A DNA stretch of 63,878 nucleotides, counting the filler, from Octopus bimaculoides (taxonomy: Eukaryota), in assembly GCF_001194135.2 (NCBI RefSeq). It is 6 parts of 6 records of this genome, joined end to end, with 100 filler letters (N's around TTAATTAATTAA, not from the genome) between each part and the next. Parts side by side here need not be neighbours in the genome. Positions count along the whole stretch, not along the records: positions 52,109 to 62,703 come from NC_068986.1; positions 62,804 to 63,878 come from NW_026309612.1; 4 more parts are not named here. One strand, 5' to 3'. Numbering within the stretch: position 1 is the stretch's first letter; each line of letters begins with the position of its first letter. Below are positions 55,092-63,878 of this stretch, in pieces. The notes below the pieces were generated by a model. It did not search any database. It was not told the origin of the DNA and worked only from the letters and a program-made list of their open reading frames with translations. Both the position numbers and the translations under genes were made by a program.

Positions 55092-55139
55092 TTTTTATGA
55101 GATAAATGCTTGTTGGATGATTTCATTGAGATTTTCTGA

Positions 55140-55145
55140 ATTAAA
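55140..55145 (+). promoter_or_regulatory. Probable GTPBP4 polyadenylation signal ATTAAA
   Basis: ATTAAA 49 nt after the stop, followed by a T/GT-rich tract at about 55168-55195. Confidence 0.5.
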
Positions 55146-55202
55146 AAGAAATTCTAATAATACGCTGGTTTTTCTGTATTTTAATTTGTGTGTGTATGAG
55201 GA

Positions 55203-55576
55203 GTGGAGGCGCAATGGCCCAGTGGTTAAGGCAGCGGACTCGTGGTCATAGGATCGCGGTTTTGATTCCCAGACCGGGTGTTGTGAGTGTTTATTGAGCA
55301 AAAACACCTAAAGCTCCACGAGGCTCCGGCAGGGGATGGTGGCGAACCCTGGTGTACTCGTTCACCACAGCTTTCACTCACTCTTACTTCCTGTTTCTGT
55401 TGTACCTGTAATTCAAAGGGCCAGCCTTGTCAAACTGTGTCATGCTGAATATCCCCCGAGAACTACATTAAGGATATACGTGTCTGTGGAGTGCTCAGCC
55501 ACTTGCACGTTAATTTCACGAGCAGGCTGTTCCGTTGATCGGATCAACTGGAACCCTCGACGTCGTAAGCGATGGA
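55203..55576 (+). mobile_element. tRNA-derived SINE family A, full length with 13-bp TSD
   Basis: Near-identical to 967-1352; TSD GTGTGTATGAGGA at 55190-55202 and 55577-55589. Confidence 0.92.
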
Positions 55577-56565
55577 GTGTGTATGAGGAAGATTGGCTTG
55601 AAGTTGACTCCTGACAGGGCTTGTGATTGCTGATTGGAGAGCTTTTGTTGTCTGATACCCCATGACATGTGGGATGGTCTGCAACTGAGTAAGAGAGGTT
55701 GGTTGGTTATTTATTGCCACCTTCCTTTTAATGTGTATTTATTTAAATGGCATGCAGAAGTTTTTCGGGCTGCTTTTGGCAACTTTTGAAATATTTACTA
55801 TGCTTTTAACATAAAGGCAAGTAAATAATTTATTTAGAGATTCCAATCCAGTTTACCCATGGTATTGAAAGAATACAATAAAATTGAATATTACATAAAG
55901 TTTAATAATTACAGAAACTGGTGTTCTGCATCAGCCAAAATCATTTAATAAATTAACAAAGTAAGAAAAATTTGTATGTTTAAGATAACACTGCAAATCA
56001 AATACATTTATAGAATACTATCCTAAACATGAAAAAAATTTATTTCTTTGAAGAAAGGTTTTATTTGAAACATCAATTCTTGCGTATCTTCACAACATAC
56101 AAATTTATCCAAATCTCATAATTTTTATAAAATGTTTTTAGCTTTTGTGGACGGAAAACAAAAACGTGATTTATTAATTTTTAAAAAATTACTCTATTTT
56201 TTAGCTTGGGTCAATATTTTAATATGTCTTACCATATAGGTAACGGTTAAGACAATTCAGCACTACAGAATCTCTTCATCCAATCCTAAATCTTCCTCAC
56301 TCTGACTCTTGTGTCACCTAGTATCAGTTTCAAGCAAGCATCATCCAGTGATCTGTCTACATTTTTCAAAGCATTTTATACCCTAGATTTGATTCTCTTC
56401 TTGGCAACCATTCTTGGAATATACTCAACTCTGACCTTTCAGACTACAACATTCCCATGTTGTTATACATATGCTTTTCAAATGGAGATTAGCTGTCTGT
56501 TGTTAATTGAGTAAAGAGATTCTTTACTTGTCTTTGTTCCTTTCAAGCATCATATTAGTAAGCTA

Positions 56566-56790
56566 AAAGGTAGTGAGCTGGCAAAATCATTAGTGTGTTG
56601 GACAAAATGCTTAGTAGCATTTCTTCTGACTGTTTACATTCTAAGTTCAAATACCAATGAGATTAACTTTGTCTCATCCTTTCAAAGTTGATATAATTAG
56701 CACCACTTTAAGCCCTGGTGTCAATGTAATCAACTCCCCACCACCACTACCACCAAAAAAAAAAAATTGTCCTTTTGTCAAAGTTTATGA
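56566..56790 (+). mobile_element. Diverged, CpG-depleted SINE family B
   Basis: Colinear with family B, with consensus CpGs as TG/CA. Confidence 0.7.
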
Positions 56791-57049
56791 CCATACATAT
56801 AGACTAAACTGAAACACTAACTACCACTCTACACAGAAACTCAAATGTAAAAACAATATTGAACCAAAGGAACTTGTGTGGATGTTCAATCTACTAGAAA
56901 TAGCAACCATATCTCATTCAGATCACACCCTACTGTTATAAAAAGGGCTAATGTGATTATAGCTGAAATACTTTTGATTATAAGTCTGCTCAACCAGGGC
57001 TAACATGTGTACTAACATAACATCATATAGCAACAGTTGTCAATGCAAA

Positions 57050-57270
57050 GCTTCACAATCTTTCTTGATATCCTCACATCTATAGCATTACCAAAACATT
57101 ATAAAAAAACTGGAATTCCTCTTAAGAGTCAGGAAGTACTTCAGCTCAGCTGCATGCTGTTTACACAACTTAAGGCCCTCCACTACTGTACTGCTCATAT
57201 TTATGGGATGGTGTGCTGCTACATATGCTAGCATCTACTAGAAGACCATTTAACTGATTGGCAAAAATCC
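57050..57270 (+). mobile_element. CR1/L2-like RT fragment
   Basis: KLEFLLRVRKYFSS..RP..YCSYLWDG across frameshifts. Confidence 0.55.
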
Positions 57271-57497
57271 AGCTACTGACTCACAAACGTTCTACTTTTT
57301 TTTTTTCTATGTCTCTGCTCTTGCTATTACAATGATTTCCCTACTCTTGAATAAAATGCATGTGTGTACTCTCAACCAATATGTATCTCTTTATATTTGA
57401 CTAATAACAACTGCTGTTGAGGTAAATAAAGCATTCTATCATCATATCATTTGACAGTAACATAAGCTGAGCATTTTTCCTATTCATAAATGTTATA

Positions 57498-57600
57498 ACT
57501 TGGAGAGGCATATGACAAGATCCCACACATACTCTGTAATGTGGTGGGTGCTGAGAAAGCAGAGAATAGTCAAAGACATGAGGACAGTTATGATTTAGAG
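57498..57600 (+). mobile_element. RTE-like RT fragment
   Basis: LE.AYDKIPH..SVMWWVLRK after frameshift correction. Confidence 0.55.
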
Positions 57601-57844
57601 TTTCTTGGAGGTTTCTATGCTCTGATGGCCTCGTTCTTATTTCAAAATATGTTAAGTAGCACATTAACCCTTTTGATACCAAGTTGCTTGAGGACACCTC
57701 TGGTTCTCTGATACAAAAAATGTCCTTTACAGATCTAAACAATTATCACAGATATTCCAAAATCTATATATCCAGATGATTTATGTTCAATATATAAAAT
57801 GTGATATTTTTCTTGATCAACTTAAAATTAGGTGCATCAGTTTT

Positions 57845-57990
57845 GGAGTTAAGAAGCTTGCTTCCCAATCACATGGTTTTGGGTTCAGTCCCACTGCACG
57901 AAACTTTGCCAAGTGTTTTTCGACTAGATCTCTGGGCTGACCAAAGCCTTGTTAGTGGATTTCATTGATAAATACTGAAAGAAGCCCATT
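57845..57990 (+). mobile_element. SINE family C, 5' half, diverged
   Basis: GTTAAGAAGCTTGCTTCCCAATCACATGG..GGTTCAGTCCC. Confidence 0.7.
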
Positions 57991-58859
57991 GTATACACAT
58001 ATATATATGTTTTGTGTATGTGTTGGTCTCTTCTTTTCTCCACATAGATGCAAACAAGCATCACTGTCTTGGAAGCAGTGTCCTTCACTAACAGTCTTCT
58101 GTGAAAATAGATACAGCTATGGTGAAATACTACCCTACTTGGAAACAGGTAAGGGTTGGTGATAGTAAAAGCATCTAGCCACAGAAAATCTGCCTCAACA
58201 AATTCCACCTGACCTATGAGAGCATGGAAAAGTGGACACTGAAGTATTAATGACAATATATATATATATATATCTTTATGTGAGTGCATGCATAAATGAT
58301 ATTCCACATTGATCAGTTGAATAAAAAAATTTTAAAAACCTGGTTAAGAGTTAGCAACAGTAAAGGCATCTGACTGCAAAATGCTGCCTCAAATACTCAT
58401 ATGTCTCCATCTAACCCATGCTAACTTGGAATAACAAATATTTAACAAATGAACGATGTGAACCAAGAGCGAAATCCTGTCTTTTGTATCTTTGCCTACG
58501 TAAGAAAGTGTGTGACTGTCGTGGATATTCTTATTTAAACGAAGTTCCTTAATTCTAACAAGCAGTAGGAGTTATCTATCCTTGAAAAATCAGAAAAGGA
58601 ATTTTTAACTCCTATTTCTAAATTCGGTATGTGGTGAAGCAATTAGCTGACCCCTAATTATAATTATGTTTATAATCATAGAATATTCTTTATTTAAGGC
58701 NNNNNNNNNNNNNNNNNNNNNNNNNNNNNNNNNNNNNNNNNNNNNNNNNNNNNNNNNNNNNNNNNNNNNNNNNNNNNNNNNNNNNNNNNNNNNNNNNNNN
58801 NNNNNNNNNNNNNNNNNNNNNNNNNNNNNNNNNNNNNNNNNNNNNNNNNNNNNNNNNNN

Positions 58860-58892
<33 letters not shown>

Positions 58893-58911
58893 CTCCCTTA
58901 AACCACATATA

Positions 58912-59056
58912 TATGCGTAGGAGTGGCTGTGTGGTAAGTAGCTAGCTTACCAACCACATGGTCCCGGGTTCAGTCCCACTGCGCGGCATCTTGGCCTCGG
59001 GCCGACCAAAGCCTTGTGAGTGGATTTGGTAGACGGAAACTGAAAGAAACCCGTTG

Positions 59057-59091
<35 letters not shown>

Positions 59092-59295
59092 ATGTTTGTA
59101 TGTGTGTGTTTGTCCCCCAACATCGCTTGATAACCGATGCTAGTGTGTTTATGTCCCCGTAACTTAGCGTTTCAGCAAAACAGATCGATAGAATAAGTAC
59201 TAGGCTTCTAAAGAATAAGTCCTGGGGTCGATTTGCTCGACTAAAAGGCGGTGCTCCAGCATGGCCACAGTCAAAAGACTGAAACAAGTAAAAGA
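58912..59295 (+). mobile_element. SINE family C, full length
   Basis: Head, (TA)(TG) tract at about 59056-59110, 3' half. Confidence 0.87.
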
Positions 59296-59691
59296 GTAAT
59301 ATATATAAATAAAAAATTCCACTTTGACTCAACCTTTTTACTGCAGACATCAGATATATATATATATATATATATATATCACCTCAAAATTTCATTACCC
59401 TTAACAGCAGAAAGCAGTTTTCTACATCAATCTATCTTTTGTTTGGGAATGTCATGTTTGAAATTATTTTTTGTTGAAATACATCAAGTTTACTGAGGTA
59501 ATGTGACTTGCGCGAAAATCCCCTTTTATTTTTTGGTTGATATTTAAAATCATTACTGGAATAATCACAAAATTAGATATCACAGTTAGAGACTTAAAGT
59601 AATTAATTTTAATTATCTTGTAAATGATGAAAATACTTATTTTTTTGGTCTCAATTGAAATAAGACAATATTTAATAAAAATATATTTTTT

Positions 59692-59702
59692 TTTATTTTA
59701 TT
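59692..59702 (-). promoter_or_regulatory. Two overlapping AATAAA polyadenylation signals of the ASDURF-like gene
   Basis: Plus-strand TTTATT at 59692-59697 and 59697-59702, about 42-47 nt past the stop on the minus strand. Confidence 0.6.
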
Positions 59703-59743
59703 TACATTTTACAGAAACAAACAAATTTCTTAGAGAAATATTT

Positions 59744-59808
59744 TCAGCTTGTTTTGGGTGTCATTTGTTCCAAATTTTTCATCTCTTCTTTCAGTTTTGC
59801 TATGGAAT
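59744..59808 (-). CDS. ASDURF: ASDURF-like microprotein, terminal exon (DSIAKLKEEMKNLEQMTPKTS*)
   Basis: Acceptor aaatttatttttcAG at 59810-59809. Phase-compatible with the 61168 donor (G+AT = Asp). Coiled-coil-like, aligns with ASDURF SKNILDELKKEYQEIE; TGA at 59746-59744. Confidence 0.78.
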
Positions 59809-60171
59809 CTGAAAAATAAATTTGTATCACAAATTTAAGGATTATTTGAAACCTTATGTATTCAGTTTATTTGCAGAATAAACTGCAGCTAAAAATCTCT
59901 CACCCATTTACTCTTTGTAATTAAAGATATAACAAATATAACCCTTTTTAGACATTTTTCTTATGTTGTTAATGTTTTAAAGTCTTCTGGGTCAGGCTAT
60001 CCTTTCTTACAAATCTCCTCATTTATGCATCTCTATTTCTCTATAGTCAGGAGATAATATGAGTAGTAAATTATCTCTTAGCTAAAGACAAAAACTACGT
60101 CAGTATTGAATAAACAAATTTAAAATAGTGCAATAGTGATAATGAAGAAATTTCTCACACTGTCAACTCAT

Positions 60172-60390
60172 AATGGTTTCAAATTTTGGCACAGGGTCAA
60201 CAGATTTTGAGGGGAGGAGGAAGTTAGATTACATTGACCCCAGTACTTAACTGGTATTTATTTTATTGACTCTGAAAAGATGAAAAGCAAAGCTGACCTC
60301 AGCAGAATTTGAGCTCAGAATGTAAAGGCAGACAAATTGCTGCTAAGCATTTTGTCTGGCATGCTAATAATTCTGCCAACTTGCTGTCTT
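60172..60390 (-). mobile_element. Diverged, CpG-depleted SINE family B in the ASDURF-like intron
   Basis: Reverse-complement match to family B. Confidence 0.75.
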
Positions 60391-61167
60391 ACTGAAAACT
60401 CATAACAAAAAAACCGAAAGCTTTAATAATCTGAATCCAGAGAGAAAAACTTTGGAGAAGTGGCAACATCAATATATTCTTTGTTCATTCATTTAACATC
60501 GGTTTTTCTATCATTTGTTTGAAAAGAGACTTGAGTCAGTATTTTTATGGCTAGATGCATTTGCTGTTGCCAACCATTATAATTTTTCAAGTAAGTGATT
60601 GATCTTCAAAATTGTAGAACAACTAACTGGTCAGAATGTCAACAAAGAATGTAAACATTATATAGCTCTTTTGCTGAAATAGTGACAAACAAAATTGTAG
60701 AATATCATCATTTATGTACACACATACACACAACAGGCTTCCATACAGTTTCTGCCAACCAATATGATTTGCAAGGCATTGGTCAGCCTGGAGCTATAGT
60801 AGAAGACATTTGCTCAAGGTATGTGCTGTCTAATAGAGCTAAACATGAAACCATGTGGTTGTGGAGCAAAATTTCATTCTTTCATTATTTCCTCTATAAA
60901 ACCTAACTTTCTAAGTTCTACTAAAATACATGAAGCCATAGAGATTAGCTTATTATCAAAAGACAAGTTTATTCTGCAGCATAAGAAACTCTTCAGCAGA
61001 ATGACTCAATAAAAATGGATTCATGTGAACAGCATAAAAAGATATCAAATTGAAAGATGTTAGCAAAAGGTAATCTAAGATTACCATTTAACTTATGAGA
61101 TAAAATTATTTTAAACATTGATGAATAAGATATTACAAATGAAGAGAGAGAAAAAAAAACAGAATAC

Positions 61168-61246
61168 CTTGACACTGAAGTGACACTTTGTCTTTATTGT
61201 CTACCTTAAAGAATATGTTACTGTTTGGTTGTTGATTATAAAAATT
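61168..61246 (-). CDS. ASDURF: ASDURF-like prefoldin-type microprotein, penultimate exon (NFYNQQPNSNIFFKVDNKDKVSLQCQ)
   Basis: Minus-strand acceptor ttgcttatctttcAG, donor GTATTC at 61167; 79 nt. FYNQQPNSNIFF matches recalled human ASDURF VYRQQQNSNIFF at 9 of 12 positions. Confidence 0.8.
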
Positions 61247-62404
61247 CTGAAAGATAAGCAATTAAAATATTTGAAGCTTACTGCACACAAATATTCAATA
61301 ATGTTTTGTAATATAAAGAAGTGAAGATGACTGGACTAAACACTATATTTAAGTTTGTTTCTCTTGGTTTTGAACTCAAATCATGCTAGAGTTTAAATTT
61401 GCATTTATCAACTCTAATATGTGTTAAATAAATATCTGTAATGTGCTCAGATCAATTCAAATGTCTATAAAAATTGACATTGTGCTTATTTAAAAGAACT
61501 TGTGAAGATTACGTGATGGAATTTGGCAATAATTTATAAATTTGTTACAAAAATTGCATTAGCTTTTTGGTTAAGATACATTATTAATAAGTTAATAAAC
61601 CAAGGCTTAAAAAAAAACAACAATTCTATTCTGTATTTGCTGATTCTAATAAATACATTTTAACGAAGTACAATAACTGTGATGTTCTCTGCTCATGAGC
61701 AAAGTATAAAGCTATTTAGATGAATGTGCCAAACAGAAAACACATTCCACTTTTAGACTATGTGGATTACTTGTAAAAAAAAAAATTATCACCATAACCA
61801 TTACCGCCATCATCATTGTCATTTTGAGTCTGCTTTTCCATGCTTGCATGCATGGAATAGGTTATCAATGGTAATGTTTTATGGCTGGCTGCTTTTCTTG
61901 TTGCCAGTTCTTTTAGTCACTTCTTGCAACAAACAATAATGTAGTGTAGCTATTTACTTATTCTAAAATGGGAATACAAACAATAACTTGTAGGAAAAGC
62001 AGCGCTGGTACCACACAAAAAATGCATCCAATACACAGTATAAAGAATCTGGTGTTAGGAAGAGCATCCAGCTGTGAAAACCGTTCCAAAATGAGAAGAG
62101 ACTGCTCTCCAGAGTGTGGTCTCTTAGCCACATCCAGAAGGGCAAACGAACTGACTGAATTGTGATGATTTCTCCAACCCATAATAACATGGAAAGCAGA
62201 CATAAGATGAGGTTGATTAAACAATATTTAATTTGCTGACACATGTCATATGTCCTCTCTCTACCTTTAAAACTGCCACAGAGGTTTTGTGATAAACTCA
62301 ATGATTATGTCATTTCCACTTTTGTCAATACCAGTCCTGCAACTAAATGCCATGCTAAAGACTGAGTAATCTTATCTACAGAGCTGTACATTTCATTGAA
62401 ACAT

Positions 62405-62703
62405 GCAGCATTTCCATAGATCATCATCATCATCATCATCATCGTTTAACGTCCGCTTTCCATGCTAGCATGGGTTGGACGATTTGACTGAGGACTGGTG
62501 AAACTGGATGGCAACACCAGGCTCCAATCTAAATTTGGCAGAGTTTCTACAGCTGGATGCCCTTCCTAACGCCAACCACTCAGAGAGTGTAGTAGGTGCT
62601 TTTACGTGTCACCTGCACGAAGGCCAGTCAGGCGATACTGGCAACGGCCACGCTTGAAATGGTGTCTTTTATGTGCCACCCGCACAAGCCAGTCCAGGGG
62701 CAC
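62405..62703 (-). mobile_element. Family D element, young, cut by the block end
   Basis: (CAT)n CGTTTAACGTCCGCTTTCCATGCTAGCATGGGTTGG... Confidence 0.9.
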
Positions 62704-62803
62704 NNNNNNNNNNNNNNNNNNNNNNNNNNNNNNNNNNNNNNNNNNNNTTAATTAATTAANNNNNNNNNNNNNNNNNNNNNNNNNNNNNNNNNNNNNNNNN
62801 NNN
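62704..62803. other. Artificial contig-join spacer
   Basis: TTAATTAATTAA at 62748-62759. Confidence 0.95.
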
Positions 62804-63006
62804 GCCGTTTTCACGTGAAAAGCGATTACACACACACCTCTGTTTTATATATACTATAGATTAGAAAGTAATCATATTGTCGTAGAGAATTACGACTTAA
62901 AATTTATACTAACTAATCTTTCATTCTAGCTACAAGAGTTCACAACAATTCAATATTGTTGAAATTGAGTATTGAACATGGCATAAATATTAGCCGATAC
63001 TCAAGA

Positions 63007-63172
63007 GGGTGAGTGTCGTGGATTTGAATGGCAACCCAACGATCGCTTGAGTGAGTGTCGTGGATTCGAGTGACAACCTAGCGATCACTTGAGCGAGTGT
63101 CGTGGATTTGAGTGTCAGTCCAACGATCACTTGAGTGAGTGTCGTGGATTTGAGTGACAGTCCAACGATCAC
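63007..63172. repeat. 42-bp tandem repeat, 4 copies
   Basis: GAGTGAGTGTCGTGGATTTGAGTGACAGTCCAACGATCACTT units at 63007, 63049, 63091 and 63133. Confidence 0.95.
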
Positions 63173-63199
63173 TGAAGAGTTTCCCGAAAATCAGGGGTT

Positions 63200-63799
63200 T
63201 TATAACTGCTCATACACGAATTCTAGAACCGTACCTCGTGAAATATTTCTTTAATGAAAGTTCCGAATTCGTATATGGGCAGTAATTTTCAACCAATGAG
63301 AAATCAATAATTTCTCCTGTTCAGGCAAACGAACCTGCGTTCTCTCTCCGCCTCTTATGAGTTTGCTACAGAACTAACAAATATCCTCACTTTTCAGAAG
63401 TTTTAGAGAATGATATTTTGCTTCTTCATCCATTTCAAATCTCACCTCCACTGTTCCATAACCCTTTTCTCTTTGTATATATTCTTTTAAGCTCCAAACG
63501 GAAACTAATGACTTTTGGACTTGAGCTTCAGTCGATCTTTCCGCTTTTGTTGACTTTAGTCCAATTGTACGGAACGTCACTGCGCGACGTACGGATGTCT
63601 GAATGGTGTCGACGGGGGTGTTGAGTTTGACAGTTAATCCGTTTCGCTCTACCAATAGTCTGACTTCATCAGAGAATTTTACTCTATGAAAAGAGGACTT
63701 AGTGGCACTAACGAAAGACAAGCTGTTATTTGTAATTGCCGTTGTACTCGCTTGTTGGCCTCTTCTATCGTCGTTGCTACTTTTGTTGTTATTTTCCAT
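63200..63799 (-). pseudogene. Degenerate LINE ORF1, N-terminal part
   Basis: SFVSATK, AVTFRT, REKGYGTVEVRFEMDEEAK, matching the other two ORF1 copies. Confidence 0.65.
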
Positions 63800-63878
63800 G
63801 CATGGAAAAAACGAAAATTTTCACGAAACGAACAAATTTGAATCGAGATGTACCAGTTATGCACTGGGATGGATTTAA

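Noticed and set aside
57480-57530. Minus-strand MCGILSY..., resembling the ASNSD1 N-terminus (MCGI) downstream of the ASDURF-like gene
   Set aside because: Stops after 16 codons and is the reverse complement of an RTE RT fragment (AYDKIPH..WWVLRK); coincidence.
61282-61335. Open 54-nt AG/GT-bounded segment upstream of the ASDURF-like exon
   Set aside because: Would need a 35-nt intron to the 61247 acceptor, and the peptide SSHLHFFILQNIIEYLCA does not resemble ASDURF.
63007-63172. CRISPR-like array
   Set aside because: Head-to-tail tandem units with no unique spacers, in eukaryotic context with no cas genes.
63625-63680. CTGATGA...GAAAC...GTC hammerhead-like spacing on the minus strand
   Set aside because: Stems I and II do not pair convincingly; it lies within ORF1 coding sequence.

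Overview
AT-rich, repeat-saturated eukaryotic draft assembly. The SINE families and microsatellite load are those I recall from octopus (coleoid cephalopod) genomes; this is inference. The window is not contiguous: five 100-bp spacers (44 N + TTAATTAATTAA + 44 N) split it into six separately assembled blocks, and there are many more N gaps. Nearly all ORFs in the supplied track are microsatellite, N or transposon artefacts. The only host coding sequence I can support is in block 52109-62703, as two convergent, 5'-truncated genes. (1) The last three exons of nucleolar GTP-binding protein 1 (GTPBP4/NOG1, + strand). (2) Two small minus-strand exons, missed by the ORF track, encoding the C-terminal 47 aa of an ASDURF-like prefoldin-type microprotein. 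It has its own polyA signals and no ASNSD1 ORF downstream. The rest comprises at least five SINE-like families, fragments of Tx1/L1-like, RTE and CR1/L2 LINEs, a Penelope-like element, two Tc1/mariner-superfamily transposons and simple repeats. Three different repeats carry minimal hammerhead ribozyme motifs; one is a tRNA-headed element with an intact hammerhead and an inverted copy of its own 3' tail.
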